64,000 nucleotides of DNA from Pseudomonadota bacterium (GCA_027320085.1 DAHVLZ010000009.1:330666-394665); one strand, 5' to 3'. Counted from the first letter of the stretch, positions 1 through 10,528 are shown. Numbers and translations: made by a program. Notes: generated by a model from the letters alone, not told the origin.

Positions 1-1644
1 CGGGTTACGCTCAAGAAAACCGGCCGTGATTTCACGGGCCGCTGTCCGTTCCACGAGGAACGGACGCCGTCCTTCACAGTCAGCCCGGGAAAGCAGTTTT
101 ATCACTGCTTTGGTTGTGGTGCACATGGAAGTGCGATCGGATTCCTTATGGCCTATGACCGCTCAAGTTTTCCGGAAGCAGTCGAGGCGCTCGCTGCCCG
201 CCTAGGCCTCGAAATACCAGATCGCAATGCGGCGGATACGGATCCCCACCGTTCGGCTGCACTATCTTTGACCGAAGAGGTAGCCCGCGAGTATGAAGCC
301 GCACTTGCCACCTCAGGTAACGCCCGTCGCTATCTCAACGAGCGCGGAGTTCGCCCGGAAACAGCCCGGCGGTTCCGCCTAGGATACGCCCCCCCGGGTT
401 CCTCACTTTTCAATCGCTGGAAAACCGACGTCGAGCGGACCCGCCTTCTCAAACTCCTTGGCCTGATATCCGAGCGTGGAGACCGGTTCCGCAACCGGCT
501 CATGTTCCCGATCCGGAACTTGCGCGGTGAAGTCATTGGCTTCGGAGGCCGCACACTGGGCGAAGAAACCCCGAAGTACCTGAACACGCCGGAATCCCTC
601 CTTTTCCACAAAGGGCGGGAACTTTACGGATGGTATGAAGCCCGTCAAAAACCAGACCGCCCCGACCGGCTGATTCTGGTCGAGGGATATCTGGATGCCA
701 TAACCTTGTCGCAGGCTGGTTTTCCTGAAACAGTGGCTACTCTGGGGACTTCGCTCACAACCGACCAACTGCAAAAAATGGTTCGCCATACTCCGGAAAT
801 CGTCTTCTGCTTTGACGGGGACACCGCGGGTCGGCGTGCCTCGTACCGGACCCTCGAACTCGTCCTACCCCTGGCCCGTGCTGGACGTCGTTTCAGGTTT
901 GTCGGGCTTCCGGCGAACCAGGATCCCGACAGTTTTATCCGGGAGGCGGGTACGGATGGGTTCCATGTGCGTCTTGAACGGGGGCACCAACTGTCGGAAT
1001 CGGTGCGATATGCGCTCGAGAAGCGCTTCGCGGGGAGTGGAGTTGAAACTCGTGCCAGTTTGGCGGCAGAAACCCAGCGGCTTCTTCTGCTAATCGAAGA
1101 TCCTGTCTATCGTGAACTGTTACGGGAAGAACTTGCCCGTTACTTCAAACTGGATCAAGTACTTCCTCGGCCAGCTGCGAAAGTGCGGTCGGAGAGCAAG
1201 CCCCAGAAACCGGACTCACGGGTCCCAGTTGGACGTGGTGGGATTGTGCGACAGCTGTTCCTGCATCTCTTGCACCAACCCGACCTCATTGCCCTACTGC
1301 CTGCTGAGGCTGAACTTGACGAAATAGACCTGCCCGGTCTTGAACACGTGAAAAACCTCCAAACGGCCTCTAAAAGTCACGAAAATCTCACGACTGGCCG
1401 GTTGCTTGAAATTTTCCGGGACAGCCCAACCGGTACCCTCATAGAAAGGCTTTTGGGGCAAGGCCCTCTCCTTGATGCCGAGGCCAATCGGACCGAAACA
1501 CTGGGACTGATCGCCAGGATCCGGGCACAAGCCACAACCCAGAAGCGCTTGAAGGCCCTCCTCGACCTGTCACGGACGAGAACACTCTCAAGCGAAGAAA
1601 AAAAGGAAATTCAGTTACTTGAGTCGAATCTGAAGGTTTCCTAG
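1..1644 (+). CDS. dnaG: DNA primase (5' end outside window)
   Basis: Frame is open from base 1 (RVTLKKTGRDFTGRCPFHEERTPSF...YHCFGC, CHC2 zinc finger). Also GFGGR, KYLNTPE, TOPRIM VEGYLD and DGDTAG. Lies upstream of rpoD. Confidence 0.97.
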   Translation, partial: RVTLKKTGRDFTGRCPFHEERTPSFTVSPGKQFYHCFGCGAHGSAIGFLMAYDRSSFPEAVEALAARLGLEIPDRNAADTDPHRSAALSLTEEVAREYEAALATSGNARRYLNERGVRPETARRFRLGYAPPGSSLFNRWKTDVERTRLLKLLGLISERGDRFRNRLMFPIRNLRGEVIGFGGRTLGEETPKYLNTPESLLFHKGRELYGWYEARQKPDRPDRLILVEGYLDAITLSQAGFPETVATLGTSLTTDQLQKMVRHTPEIVFCFDGDTAGRRASYRTLELVLPLARAGRRFRFVGLPANQDPDSFIREAGTDGFHVRLERGHQLSESVRYALEKRFAGSGVETRASLAAETQRLLLLIEDPVYRELLREELARYFKLDQVLPRPAAKVRSESKPQKPDSRVPVGRGGIVRQLFLHLLHQPDLIALLPAEAELDEIDLPGLEHVKNLQTASKSHENLTTGRLLEIFRDSPTGTLIERLLGQGPLLDAEANRTETLGLIARIRAQATTQKRLKALLDLSRTRTLSSEEKKEIQLLESNLKVS

Positions 1645-1760
1645 CCGTTATTTTGATTGGGCGTGGGGCCGTGGGTCAGTCGAACCGGATGGATGGGTTA
1701 TAATTAGCAGTTCCACCCGGCCTCCGGGTTAGCCATCTCAACCTTCAGGTATCCCCGCCC

Positions 1761-3632
1761 ATGAGTGAGAGTGAAGACCGGAATATCCAACTCCGCCAGC
1801 TCATCGCCAAAGGCAAGGAGCAGGGCTATCTGACCTACAGCGAGGTCAACGATTTCCTTCCCCGGGATATTGTCGACGCTGAACAACTCGATGAAATTAT
1901 TTCGGTTATCAATGATATGGGAATCATGGTCCATGATTCCCCCCCTGACGCAGCTCTTGAACTCCTTCTCCTATCTGACCATCAGGTCAACGAGGACGAC
2001 GAGGCCATGGAAGAGGCGGCAGCCGCGTTGGCATCGGTCGATTCAGCGTATGGCCGAACCACTGATCCCGTTCGCATGTACATGCGTGAGATGGGCCAAG
2101 TCGATCTCCTGACCCGCGAAGGGGAGATCGGGATTGCGAAACGCATTGAGGAAGGCCTGAACCAGAAATACGCGGCCCTCGCTAAATTTCCCGGGGCCAT
2201 CAGCCGCTTCATCGAGGAATACCGGCAAGTCGAGGCAAACCAGATCAAACTCGGAGAGCTGATCCAGGGGTTCCGGGATCCCGTGAGTGGGGCCCCCCTG
2301 TCCGACGATCATGCGGAACCCATTCCGCTTATGGAGATCGGTATTGAACCTGCCGGTCCCAGTGATGAGACGGATGAGGAAGACCTGGATCCGGGTGTCT
2401 CAGAAGATGACCTTCCGGTCCTCGGCCCCAACCCCGAGCTTGCAGCCGAAATGGTCCGCCGAATCGAGAAGGCCCACCTCCGATCCTCGCGCGCCCTGGC
2501 CAAAAAGCGCGACGAACGCTCGCTGCGGACACTCGCCCAAACCGCACTCGAACTACAGCGTTTGCGACTCACTCCCAGAACCATGGATATTTTGACACGC
2601 AGTCTCAGGGAAACCATCAATACAATCCGTCAAATTGAACGGGAGATCATGCGGTTTTGTGTCGACCAGGCAGGAATGCCCAAGCGGGATTTTATAAAGA
2701 CATTCCCGCAGCGCGAAACCGCGCTCAACTGGATCGATCCCCACATTCGCGCCAAGCGTAAATGGTCGACGGCACTGCGAGTGGTCCGCCCGGAAGTCCA
2801 CAAACTGCAAGAACAGCTGATCACACTGGAAGAGACCTATCACCTCAAGATTGCTGATATCAAGGAGATTTATCGGCAGATGATGATGGGAGAAACCAAA
2901 GCCAGACGGGCCAAAAAGGAAATGGTAGAGGCCAACCTGCGCCTCGTGATTTCAATCGCAAAGAAGTACACGAACCGAGGACTCCAGTTCTTGGATCTGA
3001 TCCAGGAAGGCAATATCGGACTGATGAAGGCTGTCGACAAATTCGAGTATCGACGCGGGTATAAATTCTCGACCTACGCGACTTGGTGGATCCGTCAGGC
3101 CATCACACGGTCCATCGCGGACCAGGCCCGGACCATCCGTATCCCAGTTCACATGATTGAGACGATCAACAAACTCAACCGGATATCCCGTCAGTTACTT
3201 CAGGAAAAAGGTCGCGAACCTACTCCGGAAGAATTGGCCAAACGTATGGATATGCCGGAGGACAAGGTTCGAAAAGTGATGCGAATTGCCAAGGAACCAA
3301 TCTCCATGGAAACCCCGGTAAGTGACGACGAGGACTCCCACCTGGGGGATTTCATTGAGGATGTCAATATGCCTGCTCCGATCGAACAGGCAACAACGGA
3401 CAGTCTCCGCAACACGACCCACTCCGTGCTGGCGACCCTCACACCGCGCGAAGCCAAGGTACTCAGGATGCGCTTCGGAATTGATATGAATACCGACCAT
3501 ACACTTGAGGAAGTGGGGCGGCAGTTCGACGTCACACGCGAGCGGATCCGGCAGATTGAAGCCAAGGCTCTCAGGAAACTCAGGCACCCCTCTCGGGCAT
3601 CGCGCCTGAAAAGCTTCATCGAAGAGTTTTGA
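1761..3632 (+). CDS. rpoD: RNA polymerase sigma factor RpoD (sigma70)
   Basis: [69 protein letters not shown], and region 4 HTH. Confidence 0.99.
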   Translation: MSESEDRNIQLRQLIAKGKEQGYLTYSEVNDFLPRDIVDAEQLDEIISVINDMGIMVHDSPPDAALELLLLSDHQVNEDDEAMEEAAAALASVDSAYGRTTDPVRMYMREMGQVDLLTREGEIGIAKRIEEGLNQKYAALAKFPGAISRFIEEYRQVEANQIKLGELIQGFRDPVSGAPLSDDHAEPIPLMEIGIEPAGPSDETDEEDLDPGVSEDDLPVLGPNPELAAEMVRRIEKAHLRSSRALAKKRDERSLRTLAQTALELQRLRLTPRTMDILTRSLRETINTIRQIEREIMRFCVDQAGMPKRDFIKTFPQRETALNWIDPHIRAKRKWSTALRVVRPEVHKLQEQLITLEETYHLKIADIKEIYRQMMMGETKARRAKKEMVEANLRLVISIAKKYTNRGLQFLDLIQEGNIGLMKAVDKFEYRRGYKFSTYATWWIRQAITRSIADQARTIRIPVHMIETINKLNRISRQLLQEKGREPTPEELAKRMDMPEDKVRKVMRIAKEPISMETPVSDDEDSHLGDFIEDVNMPAPIEQATTDSLRNTTHSVLATLTPREAKVLRMRFGIDMNTDHTLEEVGRQFDVTRERIRQIEAKALRKLRHPSRASRLKSFIEEF

Positions 3633-3652
3633 GGCTGACCTGACCGATTCAG

Positions 3653-4339
3653 TTGCCCAGAGCGTGCCTAACGAACCCTGATCAGTGGACGGGAATCCTC
3701 TTCCCCGAGCCGGGTGTTGCCCGGCCTGGCTCTCTTGCTATACGGGAGGGGGCCGTCCTCTTCCCAGGTATGGCGGTCAAACCCAGCGACCTCCTGATGG
3801 AAGCGATTCTTGCGATCCTGGCACAAGCTCCGTTCCGTTGCATGAAGACCCCGGGGGGGCGGCGCATGTCGGTTGCCATGAGCAACTGCGGAACAACCGG
3901 GTGGATCAGCGACCGAAGGGGCTACCGGTATACAGACCGAGATCCCCTGACGGGCAAGGCATGGCCACCTCTACCGGATAGCTTCCGAGATCTGGCAGAC
4001 GCGGCCGCTCATCGTGCTGGTTTCCAGGGCTTTTGCCCCGATGTCTGTCTCATTAATGGCTACAAACCAGGGAGCAGCCTTTCTCTCCATCAGGATCGTG
4101 ATGAGAAGGATGGATCCGCACCGATCGTTTCAGTCTCACTCGGACTGCCCGCGTCCTTCCTCTTCGGAGGTCTACAAAGAAATGATCCGGTGATGCGCAT
4201 TCCCCTCTACCATGGGGATGTTTTGGTTTGGGGAGGTCCCTTTCGGTATGCATTTCACGGCATCGCACGACTGGCTTCTGGTCACCATCCCCTGACCGGC
4301 CCCATGCGCATCAACCTGACCTTCCGAAAGGCACTCTGA
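3653..4339 (+). CDS. alkB: Alpha-ketoglutarate-dependent DNA oxidative demethylase AlkB (start uncertain)
   Basis: TPGGRRMSVAMSNCG..GWISDRRGYRY, the HQDRDE iron ligands, FHGI and RINLTFR. Confidence 0.92.
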   Translation: MPRACLTNPDQWTGILFPEPGVARPGSLAIREGAVLFPGMAVKPSDLLMEAILAILAQAPFRCMKTPGGRRMSVAMSNCGTTGWISDRRGYRYTDRDPLTGKAWPPLPDSFRDLADAAAHRAGFQGFCPDVCLINGYKPGSSLSLHQDRDEKDGSAPIVSVSLGLPASFLFGGLQRNDPVMRIPLYHGDVLVWGGPFRYAFHGIARLASGHHPLTGPMRINLTFRKAL

Positions 4340-4414
4340 CGGCGAGCCGGAACACCACTTCGAATGATCTCCCGGAAGGGTGGGGTCTGCCCCGGGTTCA
4401 GTTGTATCTCCAAA

Positions 4415-5596
4415 CTAAAACATGAAACCGGTTTCAAAAAGGACCCGGGCCTGATTCGTACTGTCTCCGTGAGGGCCAAAAATGTTGCCCGATACCCCAT
4501 CAAGAACGTTCACAAAGGAAAATTCGGCTCGGGCAAAAAACCCCCTATCCTGCCAAGTGGGCGTGAGAGTCAGGGACCAAGCCCTGCTCCCAGGACCATA
4601 CAGGAGATTCGCGGCTCCATCGCGGACATTCCCGGTGCTGGCGATGTATTCGACACGGGCGGCCAAAGAAAAACAGGGAGCAATCCGGTTGCTCGCAAGC
4701 AAGGCAATACCCCGGGTTGCGGTTCCCCGGCTGACACCGATCGATAGATTCCTTGGGACAAACGTGTACTGGAAATAAGGCTGGATAACCCATGATCTCG
4801 AGCTATACGTATAGACCACGCTATAGAGGTCGCTATTGTTCTGATCCAACGGAGTCGCCGGACTGGAATAAACCGTCTGTCCGACATGACCCATCGCGAC
4901 AAAACTCAGGCTACTCGCCGGATTGATGGTGTAGGAAAGCTCGCCCGAGATCCAATTGTATCGGTTCGAATAAAACCCATCGCCCCATTGTAGCGACGCG
5001 GCAAAGGATCCCACACTATAGTTGAGCTGGACTCCGCGTTCGATCGCGTTCTCTTGGTTCCAGAGCAGGCCGCGCTCAATATTCATGTTTTCAAAAGTAA
5101 AGGTGTATTCGGCGCCAATCAACGTCGGCAGCTTCCCGGCTTGAATCGAGAAATTCCGAGAAGGAACGATCTTCAGGAAGGCCTGTGGAAGAGCGCCGTA
5201 ATACTCGCTGACCGTATTTCCAGTGGAGAGGGAGGGTGTCCCAAGTGTAGGTAAATTGTACGCGCCCGCCTGAAGGAAGAACTGGACCCAGCCATGAGTC
5301 TTCTGGATAAAAATCTGAGCGTTACTGATATCGGCACGAAATGACCGATCCCCCCGAACCGTATGGTTCTGCCATACCCCGAAACCGCTCATGACGCCCG
5401 TGATATCGAGCTGACCAAGCGGACCCGCACGAAAATGGATTGGGGCCAGTGAAGTCAAGGGACCACTCATCGGTGGCATAGGCAACGGGCTTGCCTGGGA
5501 GTAACGCGGAAGCCAAAGCAGGTTGCCAATTAGCAAAACGGGCAGGAGCTTGTACCAACCGGAGCAACGCTTGAGCCTGCTGATGGGTGTAGCCAT
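4415..5596 (-). CDS. Outer-membrane beta-barrel porin (BBP2/OmpL-like family)
   Basis: Signal-peptide-like N-terminus from ATG 5596 (AAGGGA SD-like), AGKLPTLIGAE motif, alternating aromatic beta-strands and a C-terminal Phe. Starts 8 nt after the kdpC stop. Confidence 0.75.
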   Translation of the reverse strand: MATPISRLKRCSGWYKLLPVLLIGNLLWLPRYSQASPLPMPPMSGPLTSLAPIHFRAGPLGQLDITGVMSGFGVWQNHTVRGDRSFRADISNAQIFIQKTHGWVQFFLQAGAYNLPTLGTPSLSTGNTVSEYYGALPQAFLKIVPSRNFSIQAGKLPTLIGAEYTFTFENMNIERGLLWNQENAIERGVQLNYSVGSFAASLQWGDGFYSNRYNWISGELSYTINPASSLSFVAMGHVGQTVYSSPATPLDQNNSDLYSVVYTYSSRSWVIQPYFQYTFVPRNLSIGVSRGTATRGIALLASNRIAPCFSLAARVEYIASTGNVRDGAANLLYGPGSRAWSLTLTPTWQDRGFFARAEFSFVNVLDGVSGNIFGPHGDSTNQARVLFETGFMF

Positions 5597-5604
5597 GGAT
5601 TCCC

Positions 5605-6303
5605 TTAGGGCAACCCGGACATCTGGGGATCCTCTTGTCGGATTTTTAGTGAACCGGCCCTTGATGATGGTTGAGGGCCCGGCGCTTTCGCTTCGCCCAA
5701 TAGGGCAGCTGCCACGCTGTGGTGTACCTTGCAATAAATACGGTACAGGGCCAAGTTGAGCCGAATCACGTTCACGACCGGCTCACCGGCAATCCCACCC
5801 AAAGAGTCGACCAGAGAACTACGGATCAGCCGTCGCAGGACATTTGGGGAGACTCCACCCGTACGCGCAACACGGGGTAACTGATAGAGCGCCGCTGCAA
5901 GGCTGATATCTGGATCGAGCCCACTCCCTGAAGAAGTCACAAGATCGACGGGAATCGGCCCCTGAACCCCGGGATCTGCCTTCCGCAGCCGCCTGATACG
6001 ATCTTTGACGTGGCTTACGAGCTCGGGGTTATCCGGACCTAGATTGGAGGCGCCCGAAGCTGCCGCGTTGTCAGGAAAGGATGGAGTTGCAGAAGGTCGC
6101 CCCCAGAAATAGCGCCGCCCGCGAAAATGTTGACCGATCAGTGCGGAACCCACAACCTGCCCATGGATTTTGATCAGCGAGCCGTTCGCCTGGTGGGGGA
6201 ATACGGTTTGACCGATTCCGGTCATGGTCAATGGGTAGATGCACCCGGTCAGCACGGAAAGGGCAAGGAAAAGTAGCATGGAGGACTTGAAGTCTTTTAG
6301 CAT
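5605..6303 (-). CDS. kdpC: K+-transporting ATPase subunit C (C-terminally extended)
   Basis: QANGSLI..GSALIGQ, YFWGRPSA, SGASNLGP, VDLVTSSGSGLDPDIS, VNVIRLNLAL. Confidence 0.96.
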   Translation of the reverse strand: MLKDFKSSMLLFLALSVLTGCIYPLTMTGIGQTVFPHQANGSLIKIHGQVVGSALIGQHFRGRRYFWGRPSATPSFPDNAAASGASNLGPDNPELVSHVKDRIRRLRKADPGVQGPIPVDLVTSSGSGLDPDISLAAALYQLPRVARTGGVSPNVLRRLIRSSLVDSLGGIAGEPVVNVIRLNLALYRIYCKVHHSVAAALLGEAKAPGPQPSSRAGSLKIRQEDPQMSGLP

Positions 6304-6318
6304 GGATGGTCACCCTTC

Positions 6319-8385
6319 TTAGAGGAGTGTCAAAAGCACATCAATCAGCTTGATGCCGATAAATGGGGCAATGATTCCCCCAAGACCGTAGATCCAGACG
6401 TTGCGCCGGAGAATACGCTGGGCAGAGTCCGCCTTGAATTTAATTCCCTTGAGCGCCAGGGGGATCAGCAGAGGGATGATGAGGGCATTGAAAATCACTG
6501 CAGCCAATATTGCGCGCTGGGGAGAACTCAGGTCCATGATGTTGAGTGCTTCCAATTGGGGGTAAGTAGATACAAACGCAGCAGGGATAATGGCAAAGTA
6601 TTTCGCCACATCATTTGCCACACTAAAGGTGGTAAGGGCACCCCGGGTCATCAGCAGCTGCTTGCCGATCTGGACGATTTCAAGTAGCTTCGTCGGGTTT
6701 GAGTCTAAATCCACCATATTGGCAGCTTCGCGAGCAGCCTGAGTTCCGCTGGCCATACATAACCCGACATCGGCTTGGGCCAGCGCTGGCGCGTCATTGG
6801 TCCCATCGCCTGTCATGGCCAGCATATAGCCCTCTCCCTGGTACTTCCGAATGCAGGACAGCTTGGTCTCCGGCTTGGCCTCGGCAAGAAAGTCATCCAC
6901 ACCGGCTTCTGCGGCAATGGAGGCGGCCGTCAGGGGATTATCTCCGGTAATCATGATTGTACGGATTCCCATTTCACGCAACTCGGCAAAGCGCGCCTTG
7001 ATGTCGCCCTTGACGATATCCTTAAGTTCAACAACGCCCAAGGTTCGTTGGTCCTCACAAACCACAAGCGGGGTAGCTCCACGGCCTGCAATTCGCTCTA
7101 TCGTGGCAGCAAGGTCATCCGGCCAAGAGCCGCCTTGCAAGCTCACCCACTGTCTCATCGAGTCAGGCGCCCCCTTGCGCAACCTGATCTCTCCCCAGTC
7201 CATCCCGCTCATGCGGGTTTCGGCGCTGAATGCAATCTGCTTTGCATCGTCAGGTATTGGATCCTCACGATCAGCTAATCTTCTTTGTGCCAGAGCCACG
7301 ATGCTTTTCCCCTCTGGAGTCTCATCTGCCACTGAAGCTCGCCGAGCCGCAGTGGCCAGCTGCTCTTCGGTGACGCCCACAACGGGGTAGAACGCGGTGG
7401 CCTCTCGATTGCCGAAAGTAATCGTTCCGGTTTTGTCGAGCAGTAGTACATCGACGTCTCCGGCTGCTTCGATCGAACGACCAGATGTGGCGACGACATT
7501 AGCCCGTAGCAGACGCATGATGCCGGCAATCCCGATCGCTGGAAGTAAAGCACCGATGGTCGTTGGGATCAAGCAAACCAGGAGGGCAACCAGAACCGTA
7601 ATACTGATCACATGGCCTGAATGGGCAGCATAGTGAACGCTATACCAAGAGAAAGGGTAGAGGCTCAGGGTCACTACAAGGAATACGAGGGTCAAAACAG
7701 CCAGAAGGATGCTTAGGGCTATTTCGTTGGGCGTCTTGCGGCGCGAGGCCCCCTCCACCATCGCAATCATTCTGTCCAGGAAGGAATTTCCAGCCTCACC
7801 AGTCACCCGGACGATCAGCCAATCGGAAATCACACGAGTGCCACCGGTCACGGCACTGTGATCTCCCCCACCTTCACGGATCACAGGGGCACTCTCACCG
7901 GTGATTGCACTTTCGTCCACGGCAGCGACACCGAGCAAAGCCTCTCCATCGGCCGGGAGAATGTCACCTGCCTCGACCAGGATGAAGTCCCCCCTTTTAA
8001 GACTGGCCCCTGCAACTTCTCGACAAGCGGCCCCGAAGACCGGCTGGGCGAGCTTCTTGGCCCGTACTTCCTGTCGGGTCTGTCTCAGGCTGTTGGCCTG
8101 TGCCTGACCCTGACGTTCTGCCAAAGCTTCGGCAAAATTGGCAAACAAAAGGGTCAGCCACAACCAGAGATCGATGACGCCAGTGAACAGAGTTCCGGTG
8201 GAATGTCCCATGAGATCATGGACAAAAAGTGCCAAAAGCAGCCACGAACCGATGTAAACGACGAACATCACTGGGTTGTGCCACTGCTTCCATGGCGTCA
8301 GCATGCGTACGCTATCTCCCAAGGCTCCCCGGATCTGCTGTTCCCAGCCCAGTCGTGGAGCCTGATGTGTTCGCATTGAATTCAT
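6319..8385 (-). CDS. kdpB: K+-transporting ATPase subunit B (P-type ATPase)
   Basis: TGES, DKTGT phosphorylation site, [21 protein letters not shown]. Confidence 0.98.
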   Translation of the reverse strand: MNSMRTHQAPRLGWEQQIRGALGDSVRMLTPWKQWHNPVMFVVYIGSWLLLALFVHDLMGHSTGTLFTGVIDLWLWLTLLFANFAEALAERQGQAQANSLRQTRQEVRAKKLAQPVFGAACREVAGASLKRGDFILVEAGDILPADGEALLGVAAVDESAITGESAPVIREGGGDHSAVTGGTRVISDWLIVRVTGEAGNSFLDRMIAMVEGASRRKTPNEIALSILLAVLTLVFLVVTLSLYPFSWYSVHYAAHSGHVISITVLVALLVCLIPTTIGALLPAIGIAGIMRLLRANVVATSGRSIEAAGDVDVLLLDKTGTITFGNREATAFYPVVGVTEEQLATAARRASVADETPEGKSIVALAQRRLADREDPIPDDAKQIAFSAETRMSGMDWGEIRLRKGAPDSMRQWVSLQGGSWPDDLAATIERIAGRGATPLVVCEDQRTLGVVELKDIVKGDIKARFAELREMGIRTIMITGDNPLTAASIAAEAGVDDFLAEAKPETKLSCIRKYQGEGYMLAMTGDGTNDAPALAQADVGLCMASGTQAAREAANMVDLDSNPTKLLEIVQIGKQLLMTRGALTTFSVANDVAKYFAIIPAAFVSTYPQLEALNIMDLSSPQRAILAAVIFNALIIPLLIPLALKGIKFKADSAQRILRRNVWIYGLGGIIAPFIGIKLIDVLLTLL

Positions 8386-8394
8386 CGACCAACC

Positions 8395-10152
8395 TCATCG
8401 AATCAGGAAGTGAGACGCTATCGGTGCCAATTGTTCTGCAATAGGTCCCAGTGCCAGGGCGGGAAAGAAATTAAGTGCACCGAACAAGAGAATCACACCC
8501 ACCAACAAGCTGACGAAAATGGGAGTGTGCGTCACGAGGGTACCAGCACCCACCGGTACCTTCTGTTTTCTGGCCAAGGAGCCGGCCATCGCCAACAAGG
8601 GGAGATAGGACCAATAGCGACCGACCAACATGCAAAAAGCGGTGAGCAGATTGTAAAACCGCGTATCGCTGCTGAGGCCTCCAAAGGCGCTGCCATTATT
8701 GTTGGCTGGGCTGGTGATCGCGTACAGTATCTCACTGAACCCGTGTGCACCTGGGTTGAACACTCCGGCACGTCCTGCCGATGAAGTGACGGCAATTGCA
8801 GTTCCAACCAGAACCAAAAGTGGCATGACCAGAATCGACAAAGAGGCCATTTTTGTTTCGAAAGACTCGATTTTCTTACCGAGAAATTCCGGCGTCCGCC
8901 CCACCATCAGTCCGCCTAGGAAAACGGCGAAGATCATGAAGGCCAACATGGTCGCTAGGCCTGTTCCCACACCACCAAAAACCGTTTCACCCATTTGCAT
9001 AAAGAAAAGATTGATTCCGCCAGACAATGGCATCAGTGAGTCATAGGCGGAATTGGCTGCCCCAGTTGACGTTGCGGTTGCAAGGCTGGCAAAGAGAGCA
9101 GAGCCACCAGCTCCAAAGCGATCTTCCACGCCCTCCAAATTCCCTCCCCCCGCCAAGGCCGGCCGATTCGACTGCGCAACATGGAGTGCAGCCAGTCGGG
9201 GATTGCCCGCGAGTTCGAAATGCTCACTGGCCAAAGTCAGCGGAACGAATAATACCAACATGGCCGCGAGAATGGCCCACGCGGTGCGTCGCGACTGAGC
9301 CATGTAACCGAACAGAAAAACCAATGCCGTTGGAATCAGAATCACTGCTACCATCTGTAGCAAATTAGTGAGTGCGGTTGGGTTCTCGAAGGGATGGGCA
9401 GCATTGGCGTTAAAGAACCCACCTCCATTATTACCAAGCACCATGATCGCCTCCTGTGAGGCCACCGGGCCCAGCGCGATTACTTGGCGAAAAATCTTCC
9501 TTCCATTCCAGTCGAAGGGATTAATCAAGTGGGCATGGATATAAGGCGCCAGTGTCTGGACAACACCCTGCTCCATGAAAATGAGTCCTAACAAGACAGA
9601 TAACGGCATGAGCACATAGAGTACCGTGCGGGTCAGATCTACCCAGAAGTTCCCTAAACAATCCGTTTTCTCACGGACCAGACCCCGAATGATGGGCAGA
9701 ACCAAGGTGATCCCCACTGCCGCCGAGAGAAAGTTCTGGACAGTCAAACCCATCATTTGAGCGAGGTACCCTAAAGTCGATTCACCGGCATAATCCTGCC
9801 AGTTGGTGTTGGTCAAAAAGCTGACAGCGGTATTGAAAGCTGATCCTGCCGGCACTCCCGGGAAGTGCTCAGGATTCAAAGGAAGAGAGCCCTGCAACAG
9901 AAGCAAACCGTACAGGAAAAGTCCGCCCAACAAGTTGAACAGTAGGAGGGTAATGGCGTAACGTTTCCAGTCCATTTCCTCTGTTGGGCAAATCCTGGAC
10001 ACCTTGTAAAGTGCGCTTTCAACCGGACCCAGTATCTTCCTAGCCCAAAACTGCTCGCCGGAATAGGCCCGGTGCATGTAATGCGCGAGTGGCACGGCCA
10101 ACGTGATTGCGATGACCAGTACCGTTACGGTCAACACTATGGACTGCATCAT
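8395..10152 (-). CDS. kdpA: K+-transporting ATPase subunit A
   Basis: FNTAVSFLTNTNWQ, GNFWVDL, NGGGFF..AHPFENP, GRTPEFLGKKI, NNNGSAFGG, FFPALALGPIAE. Confidence 0.98.
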   Translation of the reverse strand: MMQSIVLTVTVLVIAITLAVPLAHYMHRAYSGEQFWARKILGPVESALYKVSRICPTEEMDWKRYAITLLLFNLLGGLFLYGLLLLQGSLPLNPEHFPGVPAGSAFNTAVSFLTNTNWQDYAGESTLGYLAQMMGLTVQNFLSAAVGITLVLPIIRGLVREKTDCLGNFWVDLTRTVLYVLMPLSVLLGLIFMEQGVVQTLAPYIHAHLINPFDWNGRKIFRQVIALGPVASQEAIMVLGNNGGGFFNANAAHPFENPTALTNLLQMVAVILIPTALVFLFGYMAQSRRTAWAILAAMLVLFVPLTLASEHFELAGNPRLAALHVAQSNRPALAGGGNLEGVEDRFGAGGSALFASLATATSTGAANSAYDSLMPLSGGINLFFMQMGETVFGGVGTGLATMLAFMIFAVFLGGLMVGRTPEFLGKKIESFETKMASLSILVMPLLVLVGTAIAVTSSAGRAGVFNPGAHGFSEILYAITSPANNNGSAFGGLSSDTRFYNLLTAFCMLVGRYWSYLPLLAMAGSLARKQKVPVGAGTLVTHTPIFVSLLVGVILLFGALNFFPALALGPIAEQLAPIASHFLIR

Positions 10153-10241
10153 AAAAAGCGTTCCGGATCAATCAGAAAAACCAGAAGATAAATACAGAGC
10201 CCAATACCGATGACTAAACTGATCCCGGCAAAAAGCTTCAT
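10149..10241 (-). CDS. kdpF: K+-transporting ATPase subunit F (30 aa; not in the ORF track)
   Basis: Hand translation gives MKLFAGISLVIGIGLCIYLLVFLIDPERFL*: one TM helix with the KdpF YL..L..PERF motif. ATGA overlap with the kdpA start. Confidence 0.9.
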   Translation of the reverse strand: MKLFAGISLVIGIGLCIYLLVFLIDPERFL

Positions 10242-10330
10242 TTTCTTCTCCTCAATCGATCCAGCATTTGGACCATGACGATGGACAAGGGGAAAAATCC
10301 CAGCAGGACGAGCGTATAGATGACATTCAT
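10238..10330 (-). CDS. Small single-pass membrane peptide upstream of kdpF (30 aa)
   Basis: MNVIYTLVLLGFFPLSIVMVQMLDRLRRRK*: hydrophobic helix plus a basic tail. ATGA overlap with the kdpF start. Confidence 0.75.
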   Translation of the reverse strand: MNVIYTLVLLGFFPLSIVMVQMLDRLRRRK

Positions 10331-10335
10331 GTTTA

Positions 10336-10434
10336 TTACGGATGAGCCTTGCGAGCCCCTGCTCCCCACATTAGATGGATAGGTGCGCGTTGATGTAGCG
10401 GATAACGTGTCCGACTCAAAACTAGAACTGACAC
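10336..10434 (-). CDS. Putative 32-aa leader peptide/uORF of the kdp operon
   Basis: GGGAGG SD lies 6 nt before GTG 10434. Reads MSVLVLSRTRYPLHQRAPIHLMWGAGARKAHP and ends TAA TAA, 2 nt before the next ATG. Confidence 0.4.
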   Translation of the reverse strand: MSVLVLSRTRYPLHQRAPIHLMWGAGARKAHP

Positions 10435-10462
10435 AAATATCCTCCCATGCCATACAGGCGCC

Positions 10463-10528
10463 AATATAAACCCGTGATTTCAATATCGGATGCAAAAAAG
10501 AGGTGGCGCGGCGTAAAAATTCCGTAAA
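10463..10528 (-). promoter_or_regulatory. kdp promoter with KdpE-type box
   Basis: On the minus strand, TTTACG-gaatt-TTTACG (10528-10512, 11-bp period) is followed by CCGCGCC, TTTTTTGC and a -10-like TATATT (10468-10463). This mirrors E. coli kdpFABC TTTATA-N5-TTTACA-CCCCGCCC. Confidence 0.75.

Noticed and set aside
3633-3652. tRNA or integration site after rpoD
   Set aside because: Only 20 nt separate rpoD from alkB, and there is no cloverleaf.
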